Shown here piece by piece: positions 18,781 through 29,800 of a stretch of DNA of 64,000 nt (positions are counted from its first letter, which is position 1; the number at the start of each line of letters is the position of its first letter). The notes below the pieces were generated by a model. That model was not told where the DNA came from. It searched no databases and was given only the letters and a program-made list of their open reading frames with translations. Location of the stretch: contig JBJEDU010000030.1 of the NCBI GenBank assembly GCA_051872395.1, forward strand, positions 1,372-65,371, written 5' to 3'. The stretch comes from Bacilli bacterium (GTDB taxonomy: Bacteria; Bacillota_I; Bacilli_A; RFN20; CAG-826). The translations under genes were made by a program, and so were the position numbers.

Positions 18781-19008
18781 ATGGCATTTAAAAAAGTTAG
18801 ACCACACAAAAAGGTCTGTTATTTCAAGAAAAATAACATTAAATATATCGACTATAAAGATGTTGAAACATTAAAAATGTTTATTACACCAAATGCTAAG
18901 ATTGCGCCACGTCGTGCAACTGGCACTTGTGCAAAACATCAAAGAGAATTAGCGAAAGCTATTAAACTTGCGCGTTATATGGCTTTATTACCATACGTTC
19001 AAGAATAA
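18781..19008 (+). CDS. rpsR: 30S ribosomal protein S18
   Basis: IDYKD...L..F....KI.PRR.TG...KHQR.L..AIK.AR..ALLPY. Confidence 0.97.
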   Translation: MAFKKVRPHKKVCYFKKNNIKYIDYKDVETLKMFITPNAKIAPRRATGTCAKHQRELAKAIKLARYMALLPYVQE

Positions 19009-19030
19009 TATTGATATATATTAATTGAAT

Positions 19031-19062
19031 AATACCTCCGCAATTTCGCGGAGGTATTTTTT
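19031..19062. terminator. Intrinsic terminator (probably bidirectional)
   Basis: AATACCTCCGC-aatttc-GCGGAGGTATT followed by a T-run, between convergent genes. Confidence 0.85.
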
Positions 19063-19087
19063 ATATTTATGGATTTAATTATGCTAA

Positions 19088-19879
19088 TTAAAACATATAT
19101 TCATATGAGGCAAATGGGTCGATTTTATCAATCAATATTTCATTTTTATATTTTAAGATGTATCTAATTTTACATGAAGGACATTCGTGAATATAACGAA
19201 CCATTTCTCCTTTAATAGGAGCCTTTAATTTATGAGATATAAATTCTTCAATTATTATTTCTAATAAATATTTGTTTTTCTTAATAATGATATGATTTTT
19301 CTCCATTTTTATAATCTTAGCGAAATTATATGTTCCAAATAAATATTCTTTATCGTGGGTTTTTATTAAACAAGTAATTCCTTTTATTGTTATTAATCCT
19401 AATGGTATACTCGCAATCGCGAGAGTTAAGGAAACATCCTTTTTGCTTGAATTGAGCCATAAGTATTTATTTGGGAAGTTTTTTCCTTTATCTCCTTCAA
19501 TATAACCATCACCGTGTTTAAATTTTATTTCTTCATTGTTGATTACTAACCTACCATTAACTAAATGATTCATGGAATAAATGTGATGTTTACATTCGAT
19601 AGGTAAAAATCTAAAGAAAGACATAATATCTTTTTTAATTGGAACAAAATTAGAAAATAGTAATTCTCCATGAATATTGATATCTTCTTGTTGGATATGA
19701 CATTTAATATGATTGTTATCCATTTCTATTTGATTAATATCTTTAATTAAAAAAGATGTTTCATTATTAATTAATTGTATTAAGTGACCATCATTAGAAA
19801 AGGAATCGATGAATGCGAGTGTTTTTCCATCGCTATTTTGACATTTATAATAAATACCAAAAAATTTATTTCTCCTCAC
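19088..19879 (-). CDS. Tocopherol cyclase-like family protein
   Basis: FFG.YYK, ECKH.IYSM.H, GYIEGD.G..FP..Y.W, L.AP..G.M.R.I.E pattern. Confidence 0.7.
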   Translation of the reverse strand: MRRNKFFGIYYKCQNSDGKTLAFIDSFSNDGHLIQLINNETSFLIKDINQIEMDNNHIKCHIQQEDINIHGELLFSNFVPIKKDIMSFFRFLPIECKHHIYSMNHLVNGRLVINNEEIKFKHGDGYIEGDKGKNFPNKYLWLNSSKKDVSLTLAIASIPLGLITIKGITCLIKTHDKEYLFGTYNFAKIIKMEKNHIIIKKNKYLLEIIIEEFISHKLKAPIKGEMVRYIHECPSCKIRYILKYKNEILIDKIDPFASYEYMF

Positions 19880-20158
19880 ACTTATACTCTATCTAATATC
19901 ACTAATTAAACCAATGGTTAAAAAAGTCATTTTTGTTTATTAAAATTTACTTTTCTTTAAAATATAACAAATTTTTATAAAATTTTTTAATTATTAATAA
20001 TTAAATGTAAAAAGTTTACTAAATTTTTTATATTAATTTATTTTATAAAAATAAAAAGAAAAACCATAATTTTTACAAGAAATATTTTTTACTAAAATTT
20101 TAAAAAATAAAGTATAATTATTATGTATTTATTTGTTTTTATTTATAAGGAGTTCATT

Positions 20159-21493
20159 ATGGCAACATTAAGTTTTCGACATATTGACAAAGTATATCCA
20201 AACAAAGTTCAAGCTGTTTTTGATTTTAATTTGGAAGTAAAAGATAAAGAGTTCATCGCCTTCGTTGGCCCTTCTGGATGTGGTAAATCTACTACACTTA
20301 GAATGATTGCCGGTCTAGAAGATATAACCGCAGGTGATTTATATATCGATGATAAACTTGTCAATGGTGTCATGCCAAAAAATAGAAATATCGCGATGGT
20401 TTTCCAAAACTACGCATTATATCCACATATGTCAGTGTATGACAATATGGCGTTCGCATTAAAACTTAGAAAAAGTTTATTAGTTACAGTAAACAAAAAG
20501 GTTTTATCAGTAATGGATGTTTATATTAAAAACAATCCTGACAACTCTTCAGATGTTGTGGAAATGAGAAAAACTTTATCAAATTTAGATACTTTAAAAG
20601 CCTTTTTAGAAACTGAAGACGTTGAAGAAAAATTAGCGGCATTATTATCAAAAGTTATCAATGAAAAAATGAGCGTAGATATTACTAAAGATTCTTTCTA
20701 TAAATATCGTCACTACACTAAAGGGGAAATTAAAGAAAGAGTGCTCGCTGCGGCAGAAATATTAGGTATTACCCCATATTTAGAAAGAAAACCTGCTGCT
20801 CTTTCAGGTGGTCAACGTCAAAGAGTAGCGTTAGGTAGAGCGATCGTTAGAAGTCCAAAAGTCTTCTTAATGGATGAACCATTATCAAACTTAGATGCTA
20901 AACTCAGAGTTCAAATGAGAAGTGAAATTATTAAAATTCATAAAAGAGTTAATGCGACAACAATTTACGTTACTCACGACCAAACTGAAGCGATGACTAT
21001 GGCGGATCGTATCGTCGTTATGAAAGATGGTTATATTCAACAAATTGGAACTCCAAAAGAAGTTTATAGCAATCCTGCGAATATGTTTGTCGCGGGCTTC
21101 ATTGGCTCTCCAAGCATGAACTTCTTTAATGGCACTGTTATGAAAAACAAATTTGTTTTTGATGGAGAAGAAAAACAATCGATATCTTTCAAAGATTTGA
21201 GTGATGAACTCAAAGAAAAATTGAAAGATTATGATGGTAAAAAAGTTGTTCTTGGTATTCGACCAGAAAGTATCAGCGTTGACACTGAAGGGAAATCTTC
21301 AAGCATCGATGCAAAGTATGATATTTCTGAACTATTAGGTTATGAATTATTAATTTATGGTTTCATTGATGGTCAAAGAGTGACTTTCAAAACTGACCTT
21401 AATAACGAAAAATATGTCAAAGAAAATTTCAAAATTAAATTTGATTTTTCAAAAATTGCTTTCTTCGATGAAGAAACTACAAATAGAATTTAA
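20159..21493 (+). CDS. msmX: Multiple-sugar ABC transporter ATP-binding protein (MsmX/MalK) with ~70-aa insertion
   Basis: GPSGCGKS, FQNYALYPH, LSGGQRQR, MDEPLSNLD, GFIGSP and a TOBE domain; ATG 20159 follows AAGGAG. Confidence 0.92.
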   Translation: MATLSFRHIDKVYPNKVQAVFDFNLEVKDKEFIAFVGPSGCGKSTTLRMIAGLEDITAGDLYIDDKLVNGVMPKNRNIAMVFQNYALYPHMSVYDNMAFALKLRKSLLVTVNKKVLSVMDVYIKNNPDNSSDVVEMRKTLSNLDTLKAFLETEDVEEKLAALLSKVINEKMSVDITKDSFYKYRHYTKGEIKERVLAAAEILGITPYLERKPAALSGGQRQRVALGRAIVRSPKVFLMDEPLSNLDAKLRVQMRSEIIKIHKRVNATTIYVTHDQTEAMTMADRIVVMKDGYIQQIGTPKEVYSNPANMFVAGFIGSPSMNFFNGTVMKNKFVFDGEEKQSISFKDLSDELKEKLKDYDGKKVVLGIRPESISVDTEGKSSSIDAKYDISELLGYELLIYGFIDGQRVTFKTDLNNEKYVKENFKIKFDFSKIAFFDEETTNRI

Positions 21494-21495
21494 TT

Positions 21496-21840
21496 ATGAT
21501 TAAACTCTTATCTCGTTATAGTTGCACTACTAATCCAAAACTTAAAAAAGAATTTCCTCACATCCAAATTAAAGGTAGTGAAAAAATCATCTTTAAGTTA
21601 TTGACTGATTATTTAAAAAATAACGAGTATGAAAACATTAAATCAGATGAATACTATCTTGATTTATATGGCGAAAAGGATGGATACGAAGTATCCTTCC
21701 AAATTGAAAAGAGTGAAATTGAAAATGTTCTTGAAATTCAAATTTCCATTTTTGGAAAAAAGAAAAGAGGAAGAACACACATTCGACTAGAATTAATTTA
21801 CGATGATATACTGTCGCTAATAGTAAACAAAAAACAATAA
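21496..21840 (+). CDS. Hypothetical protein
   Basis: 114-aa ORF 2 nt after msmX, followed by a terminator. Confidence 0.65.
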   Translation: MIKLLSRYSCTTNPKLKKEFPHIQIKGSEKIIFKLLTDYLKNNEYENIKSDEYYLDLYGEKDGYEVSFQIEKSEIENVLEIQISIFGKKKRGRTHIRLELIYDDILSLIVNKKQ

Positions 21841-21886
21841 AAATAAACAATTTTATATAATAAGTTCAAAAATAGACAACTAAAAT

Positions 21887-21918
21887 ATGAGGGTTTATTC
21901 GATAAATCCTCATTTTTT
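21887..21918 (+). terminator. Intrinsic terminator
   Basis: ATGAGGGTTTAT-tcg-ATAAATCCTCAT followed by a T-run. Confidence 0.8.
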
Positions 21919-22075
21919 ATTATTAGTAAAAAATAGTATTGAAGATACAAATAAATTTTAGTAAAATTATACTAGAAAATGAAAAATCAAAATATTTACT
22001 AAAATTTTTTAAACAAATTAACGATAATTTTTAGTAACTTAATCATTATTTTGATTAACGTAATGGTGGATAGAT

Positions 22076-23518
22076 ATGGAACTTACAAAATTTGGCGCAG
22101 AATGTGAAGTTGTTGATGGTGTTTATAAAGTGAATGGAAATGAACAATCCTTTTGTTTTATGGATAACCCATATAATGATTCATATTCATTTTCAGTAAA
22201 AATTAAATTAACAAAAGAAGGACAAGCTGGTATTTATTTTAGAACTATATGTAAGAATGGCCCACGTTGGTTTGTTGGCTATTCTTTTTTAGTTGATTAT
22301 AAAGACCACACAATCACACTTACTAAAGTAAGTAATGGTGATCACTTACAAAATGTCCTCGGACAAATGAAATACCCATTTGAATTGAATACCTGGTATG
22401 AAATGAAAGTTGAACAAGAAGGTAAAAACGTTCGTTTATATTTTAATAACTTTTTGCACGATGATGATCCATATCCAAAATTCGATTTAGAATTAGCCCA
22501 CTACAACAAAGGCACAATCGGTTTAGCGTTCGGCGAAGGAGTCGCAGAATTTAAAGATGTGGAAGTCAAAGAATTCCGCTTTGAAAAATTAGATAAAGAT
22601 CATTCATTTAAAAACCCAATTCTTTATGGTGCTGACCCAGACGTCATGTATCACGATGGCACATATTATGTTTACTACACTGATACCGCGGATATGTCAT
22701 TATTCCAATGTTATACCAGTAAAGATTTAATCCATTGGAGTGATCCAATCGTCGTTTTCCATGGTAAAGATGGCTGGGGTAACAATGAATATATGTCCCC
22801 AAATGTCATCTATAAAGATGGTTGGTTTTATATGTTTTATGCTTCGCATACTGCTTACGATGAAAACAACAAAAGACATGTTCAAGTCACCTATGCGACA
22901 AGTAGAAGCCCTCTTGGACCATTCAAGAGTGAAAAGAAAGTTCCATTACACACTGATGTTCAAGAAATTGGAGGCGCACCATTTGTCGATGATGATGGAA
23001 GAGTCTATCTCAGTGTCGTCCGTTTCAAACAAGGAAATGTTTGTTGGATTATGGAAATTGAACTCGATGATGGTGAAGTGAGAGTTAAAGAAGATACAGT
23101 CACTTGTATGTTTGAAGCGACAGAAGACTGGGAAAAAGACTACGCGAACATCGTTGAAGGGGCCGTCATCGTTAAACATAACGGATTATATTATGCGATG
23201 TATGCTGGTAGCCACTATAAAGGCAGCTATGCTGAAGGATATGCCACTAGCAAACATCCATTAGGGCCATGGACCAAATATAAATACAATCCAATTTTAA
23301 GGTCTCATTATCAAACCCGCGCTGTTGGTGATAGTGTTTGGACCAAATCTCCAAGTGGTAATGAACTTATTATGTTCTACCATCAACATTATTCTACGAC
23401 TGAAATTTCCCCACGTTGGATAAGAATGGACAGAATGAAATTCGTCAAAGTCGATGATGACGATGATGTATTAGTAGTCAACGGTCCAACCATGACTCCA
23501 CAAAAGGAAATTAAATAA
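22076..23518 (+). CDS. GH43 glycoside hydrolase with N-terminal DUF1080-like beta-sandwich, no signal peptide
   Basis: NPIL.GADP, S.DL.HW, SPLGPF, F.DDDG.VY, VEGA, PLGPW.K...NPIL. Confidence 0.85.
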   Translation: MELTKFGAECEVVDGVYKVNGNEQSFCFMDNPYNDSYSFSVKIKLTKEGQAGIYFRTICKNGPRWFVGYSFLVDYKDHTITLTKVSNGDHLQNVLGQMKYPFELNTWYEMKVEQEGKNVRLYFNNFLHDDDPYPKFDLELAHYNKGTIGLAFGEGVAEFKDVEVKEFRFEKLDKDHSFKNPILYGADPDVMYHDGTYYVYYTDTADMSLFQCYTSKDLIHWSDPIVVFHGKDGWGNNEYMSPNVIYKDGWFYMFYASHTAYDENNKRHVQVTYATSRSPLGPFKSEKKVPLHTDVQEIGGAPFVDDDGRVYLSVVRFKQGNVCWIMEIELDDGEVRVKEDTVTCMFEATEDWEKDYANIVEGAVIVKHNGLYYAMYAGSHYKGSYAEGYATSKHPLGPWTKYKYNPILRSHYQTRAVGDSVWTKSPSGNELIMFYHQHYSTTEISPRWIRMDRMKFVKVDDDDDVLVVNGPTMTPQKEIK

Positions 23519-23569
23519 TAAACATTATTAATAATAATTAAAAGATTGGAAACGAAAAAAGGAGCTTAT

Positions 23570-26500
23570 ATGAAAAAGAAGAAACATTCGTTTACATTTC
23601 TAACATTTATGCTCGGTGCGACATTAATTGTCTCAACAACATCAATGTTAGCAAGCTGCAGTCAAGTAGAGGAGCATGAATATGTTGTTCATTTTGAAAC
23701 TAACTGTAATACAACTATTCCTGATCGAATCTACAACACCAAAAAGAAAAATGAATTCACTCTTCCAACTTCTAGTGAACTCACCAAATTTGGTTACAAA
23801 TTATTAGGTTGGTGTTACGATGAACAACTTTCTAATGATGTTAATCCTTCGAATATCATCATTACAAGTGATACGACATTGTACGCAAAATGGGAAGCTG
23901 GTAAATATCAAATTTCTTTTGATACAGACACTGATGAAGTAATTGAAAATATGCCAATTTCTTATGGTGAAACAGTTACTCTCCCAACACCTAAAGATAA
24001 AGTTATTGCTGGTACCGGATATAAATTTAAAAGATGGTACTACGTCGCTAATAGCAGTTATCACACTGATACATTTACATTAAATTATCCACAAAATGTT
24101 TCATTATTAGCAGAATACGATTATCTTGTTAGATCAAGTTATATCATCGATGAAGATGGATATTATCGCATTAAATCAACATTAGCGATTACGGAAATCT
24201 CCTCGATGCCATTGGCGTATGGTACATTCTCTGCTTCCATTACTTATGATGCATTTACAGCAAATAAAGGCGGATTTGTTTGGAACGCAACTCTCGATCC
24301 AGATACAGAATCCCCATGGGAAGGTGTTTCACAATTCTATGTGTTACATATGAATCCATCAAGTGGCGCGATCCAATTAGCGTACAATGATGGCTTATCA
24401 TTATCTACTTCCTATCACGTTTTAAAAACTGTCGCTTTAAGTGGATTGACTGAAAATGTCAAAACTAAATACACTGAAGCGAAAGAAAAGAATGAACCAG
24501 TCACATTTGATTTCTCTGTTACTTTCTCTTCAACAGAAATCAAAATCGAATTAGATGGAGAAACTCAAATCGATTACACTGGTGCTTTCCCAGTCTTAAA
24601 AGGTCTTGGTGTTGGATTTAGAGCCAATGATAAATCTATCAAATTCTCTAATCCAAAAATTACCCCAACTCATTATCAAATTGATTTTGATGTTGATGGT
24701 GGAGACCCAGTTGATTTAATTAGAATACCAGTTAACACTTCAGTCAATGATTCTGAATTCACTCTTCCAACCCCAGTCAAACAAGGATACGAATTCCTTT
24801 ATTGGGCTGATGAAAATGGAACAGAATATACCGGAAATGAAGTTGTTAGCACTAATATCACATTAAAAGCTGTTTATGAACAAATTCCAGGTGGCACCTT
24901 TGTCACTTATGTCACAAACAACGAAGATTCAGTTCCTGTCAAATTCATTAGAAGCGGTAGCACTTTAGGTGAATTACCAGATGTTAGTAAATTAGGTTTC
25001 GATTTAACTGGTTGGTTTATGTTAGATGGCGATAATGAAGTCGCGGTCAATGAAGACACAACATTCGTTGATAGCACATATGATGGTGAAGCCACTAAAG
25101 TAACAATCTATGCGAAATGGATTAAAAATAGTCCAGAAGACGAAATCGAAATCGATATTAGAAAAGGTACATATCCAGTCGACACTGATTACGACGGATA
25201 TACCGCATATACCGCGAGCAAAAATAGTTTCGCGACAATTGGTACCCTCAGTGAAGGTACATTTACAACATTCATTAAATTTGCCCCACTCAATGGTAAT
25301 GGTCTTGTTATTGGTGGTGATTTATTAGATAACTTCGGTTATCAATGCAACGCTGACTTTATGCAAACTGGTTCTAAATATTATTATTGGCATTTCAATA
25401 ATGGTACTGGTGTTTACCAATTCGCTAAAGTGACAGATCCAAATAATGATTTAAGTACAAATATCACTAACCCAGGTTATGACGTTTTATATAATGGTCA
25501 AATTGAGAATTTCACTGCTGGAAGCCGTCATTTATTATCGGTTACCACTCACTATTCTTCATTGACTACTCGTGTCTTTGAATTATCTATTGATGGTGAA
25601 TATATTAGCACTGTCGTTGATGATGGAACCATCGCGGGTGAAGTCATTACTGGCGATTACATTGGATTTAGAAACCAAGGTGGTGCTTGTACATATTATG
25701 GAATCGATTTAACTAGAGAAAGTGAAATGGATTGTACCACTGTTAACTTAGATATCGATGGTGCAGTTACTACCTATTCAAGACATAACGGTTGGGAATT
25801 AGTGTTACCAACCCCAGTCAAAGATGGCTACGCTTTCGTTGGTTGGACCACAGTCAAAGATGATGTCACTACTTTAGTAGAAGACACCATCATTATGAGT
25901 GATTCTTTAAGTGGTAAAACATATTATTCATATTTCATTGATTCAAGTAAGTCACTTCTCATCATTGACACTAATGGTGGAGTCTCTTCTCAATCAATCG
26001 TTATCGTTGATGCAAATTCAAACTTATTGAGTGCATTAGAAGATCCAACCAAAAAAGGATTTAAATTCGTTGGTTGGGTTGATGAAGAAGGTAATGACAT
26101 TACCGAAACAACTCTCGCTGATAAACTCATTTTCAACCTTAAAGCTGTTTGGGGTGCGGTCAGTGAAAACATTCTTGAAATTGACGCTGTTAACTCCAGT
26201 TTAAAAACCACGATGAAAATCGATGAAGATGATGTTTATAAATATTATGCAATGTCTTCAAGTACTGGCTTTGCAACATTTAACGATTCATTCACATTCG
26301 GTTCTATTAAAGGATTCTATAAACCAAAAGGCGCTTTCAGCAAAGGAGATTATGGTATTGCCTTTAGAGGAACGAATTTAGCAACCACAACAAGCAGTAG
26401 CAATTATAGTTATTACTCTTGTTACACCTTTAGATTCAAAGAAAATACAGGCGGTATGGAACTATATGATATGGGTGACTCAACTGGCACGGCGAAAGCA

Positions 26501-26755
26501 ACTGTTTTAGCACCTGCTGTTAGTTGGGCAACTAAATTCCCAAATACTTCATTTTTAGATGATATCCACTCATTCGAAATCAGTTTTATTGAAAACGATG
26601 CAGGTGGAGCAGCAATTAAAATTTATGTCGATGATGTTCTCATCTTTGATGTGACGACAACTTCTGTTTATGCTGGCACAGAACTCGGATTACGTTTAAC
26701 CGGTAATACCGCTTCCTCATCAACTGGTTCATTCTTCGGCATTCATATAGATTAA
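23570..26755 (+). CDS. Large surface lipoprotein with six InlB B (Listeria-Bacteroides) repeats and three beta-sandwich domains
   Basis: Lipobox LASC; repeated LP.P.K.GY.F.GW...L.A.W motifs; ATG 23570 follows AGGAG. Confidence 0.8.
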   Translation: MKKKKHSFTFLTFMLGATLIVSTTSMLASCSQVEEHEYVVHFETNCNTTIPDRIYNTKKKNEFTLPTSSELTKFGYKLLGWCYDEQLSNDVNPSNIIITSDTTLYAKWEAGKYQISFDTDTDEVIENMPISYGETVTLPTPKDKVIAGTGYKFKRWYYVANSSYHTDTFTLNYPQNVSLLAEYDYLVRSSYIIDEDGYYRIKSTLAITEISSMPLAYGTFSASITYDAFTANKGGFVWNATLDPDTESPWEGVSQFYVLHMNPSSGAIQLAYNDGLSLSTSYHVLKTVALSGLTENVKTKYTEAKEKNEPVTFDFSVTFSSTEIKIELDGETQIDYTGAFPVLKGLGVGFRANDKSIKFSNPKITPTHYQIDFDVDGGDPVDLIRIPVNTSVNDSEFTLPTPVKQGYEFLYWADENGTEYTGNEVVSTNITLKAVYEQIPGGTFVTYVTNNEDSVPVKFIRSGSTLGELPDVSKLGFDLTGWFMLDGDNEVAVNEDTTFVDSTYDGEATKVTIYAKWIKNSPEDEIEIDIRKGTYPVDTDYDGYTAYTASKNSFATIGTLSEGTFTTFIKFAPLNGNGLVIGGDLLDNFGYQCNADFMQTGSKYYYWHFNNGTGVYQFAKVTDPNNDLSTNITNPGYDVLYNGQIENFTAGSRHLLSVTTHYSSLTTRVFELSIDGEYISTVVDDGTIAGEVITGDYIGFRNQGGACTYYGIDLTRESEMDCTTVNLDIDGAVTTYSRHNGWELVLPTPVKDGYAFVGWTTVKDDVTTLVEDTIIMSDSLSGKTYYSYFIDSSKSLLIIDTNGGVSSQSIVIVDANSNLLSALEDPTKKGFKFVGWVDEEGNDITETTLADKLIFNLKAVWGAVSENILEIDAVNSSLKTTMKIDEDDVYKYYAMSSSTGFATFNDSFTFGSIKGFYKPKGAFSKGDYGIAFRGTNLATTTSSSNYSYYSCYTFRFKENTGGMELYDMGDSTGTAKATVLAPAVSWATKFPNTSFLDDIHSFEISFIENDAGGAAIKIYVDDVLIFDVTTTSVYAGTELGLRLTGNTASSSTGSFFGIHID

Positions 26756-26800
26756 TCAAAACAAAAATAATTTAAAAATTTATTAAAGAAAGGAGTTTAT

Positions 26801-29800
26801 ATGAAAAAACTAATTAAGTGGCTATTTCCTATTCTTGGTGTTACCTCTTGTTTTGCCTTAATGGTTTCTGTATTTTCTAACGGTGGAAATAAATATATTT
26901 CTACAACTAAAAATAATACCTCCAGTCCTGAATACACTATTAATTTCACGGACAAAGAAAACCATGTCGAGACAAGTGGAACTGGAACTGTAACTGCTAA
27001 AACAGTTATGGGAAATGAGATTGAATTTGCTTACACTGATGCGACGAGTACCTCGGATAGCTTTGTTATCCTTGCCAGTGGTGGTTCGTTCTACAATAAT
27101 TATTCCGTCAGTGTTGTTGGAAATAATAGACTCAGTGGTGTTTATTCCGTAACCGCAACCTTTAGTGGAACACTAAATCTCGATTACACATGGAATGAAA
27201 CACTTGAAAGTGGAGAACCATATCTCCGCAGCGGAATCGTATTACAAACAGGTGTCGAATTTACCTTTGGTAATGAAACACCAAGTTTCTTAAAATTCTC
27301 TGCAGGAACTGCTGTAACTATTGAAAGTATCAATGTTAAATATTCATGTTCTTACTCTGATATCCCAGATTCAGTTTACAAAATCAGTAATCCAAACGAT
27401 TTAGTCAACTTTACTTATCTTGTTAATAATGGTTTACAAGATTTATCAGCAATTTTATTAGACGATATCAATATGGATGGTGTTTCATATTCTGGTATTG
27501 ATACAACTTATACTGGTACATTTAATGGTAATAACCATGCAATTACTGGTTTATCCTTCTCAACTGGAGGAGTTAAATGTAACGATTCTTTATTTGCCAT
27601 TTTAGGTGATGGAGGCGTTATTCAAAACTTAGATGTCACCGCGACTCTTACTAATGTTGATACAAGAAACGCTATCATCGTTGGTGAAATGACAGGAGCG
27701 TCCACAATTAAAAATTGTATTGCTCGTGGAACTGTTACTGCGAAAGCAACAGCCGACGAAGGTATTGGTGGTGTTGTTGGATATATTAGTTCCACTACTG
27801 GTGCAGTAGTTGATAATTGTGTTAATTTTGCTTCAGTTACTTCTCCTTCTAACGGTTCTTTTGGTAGAAGAGTAGCAGGCATTGTTGGTGGTACTGGTTC
27901 TTCTTCTTCTTCTGCTCCTACAAAAGCAACAATTACCAATTGTACAAATTATGGAAAAATTTACGCTCGTAGCTATGCTGGTGGAATTGTTGGTCAATTA
28001 GGTTATGGTACAACCCAAGTAGTTGACGGTAATAAAAACTATGGCATTATTGACACTGTAAATGGTGGTTATGGTGGTGGAATTGTTGGAAGATTCCTCC
28101 AAGGCACTATTACAAATAATTTTTCCGGTGGCGGATATGTGTATGGAACTACAACACGTATTACTGTTGGGCACAAAACTACTACCACAACCGATGAAGA
28201 TGGAAATAGTACAACAACAACTACATATTTAAAAATGGATGATATCAGCATAATTGCTAAAAAAGTACCTACTACAGTTAATTATCTTGCTTCTGCATCT
28301 GATAAATCAGTCGCAGGTTATGAAACAATTGGTTCAGGAAGCACAAATTATGGTTATTGTGTTGGTGAATTTAATGGTACTGGCGTAATTGATGATACTA
28401 ATATTGCTGGCTGGTCTGGTTCGAAAACTGCTGCTTCAGCCTTATCTGGTACAGGTACAGAAGAAGATCCATATTTAATTGTTAGAGCAAAAGATTATTT
28501 TGCTTTAAGGGATATTTGTAATGCTTCTTCATCAGACGTTCATTTTAAATTAATGAAAGATATTGATTTAGATTATCATAAAGATGATCCTGATTATAGT
28601 GCTAGTACAAATACTGCTTATAGTCTTATTATTGGAACTGCTGCTGCTAAAACTGAAGCATTAGCATTTAAGGGCACATTTGATGGAAATGGTCATACTA
28701 TTTATAATTTCTCATCATCTACCGGCGATACAATTGGTTCAGGATTATTTTCTTACACTGATGGTGCAACCATCAAAAATGTTACTTTTGTTAACCCAAC
28801 AATTAAAAATGTCAAATCAAAAGGTATGATTGCTGTTGTTACTGGTTCTACAACAGGTGTAACAATTGAAAAAGTTAACGTTGTTGGTGGTAGAGTTAAT
28901 AGTACGAATGAAGTAGGTAGTTTAGTTGGTACTGTCAAATCTGGTACCGCTACAATTACAAATTGTTCTAGCTCTGCTACTATAACTGGTACAAATAGTG
29001 TTGGTGGTTTTGTTGGTGGCGTTGGTTTTACTAACAATAGTACTTCAACAACCGCTGCAACATTAGATATTCAAAATTCTACATTTACTGGTACCATTAC
29101 TACTTCAGCGGCTTCATCTTCTACATTTACTGGTGTCGGTGGTATTGTTGGTGCTTCTGGTACCATTGATTCAATCACTATTGATGGTTGTGTTAACGTA
29201 GGTTCAGTGACAGACGAATATAACGAAGGTGTCGGTGGCATCTTTGGTAAAAATGTTGAAATCGAAACTACCTCTGCTATTACAATAAGTGATTGTAAAA
29301 ACTATGGTGCTATTGCAGGTGTTGATAGTGTCGGTGGTATTGTTGGACACGCTAGTGAAACAACAAATACCTCAATCGTTTCAAACAGTAATAACTATGG
29401 TAATATCGCTGGTTCAGATACTTCTACTGCAGTAGGTGGTATCTTCGGTACAAAGAACTGGGCGGCAGAAAGCTGCAATACTTCAAAAACTGCTACAGTT
29501 ATTTCTGGTACATATAAAGCCGAAACTGTATTTGGTGAAACAACAGTTTATTTAGCTGGTGTTGATAACAAAACAGAATCAAATACAGACTGTGGATTAT
29601 GCAACCCAGAAACATACGTTGCTCCAAGTAAATTAATTAAAAATACTGTGACGACCGTCAGTGCGCATTTAGCGCACTACGGCCGTTACGCCGAACTTAA
29701 TAATGGCAAAAACATCTTCACTTATAGTGGTGGATATTTTCTTTCTACGACAGATGGTTTTACTTATGGAAGTTTTACTTCCTTTAAAACTTTAGAAACA

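Noticed and set aside
27890-29170. Short TCT/ACA-type and 15-bp repeats inside the 1327-aa gene as contingency repeats
   Set aside because: They are in-frame, imperfect, and explained by Ser/Thr-rich and GLUG protein repeats.
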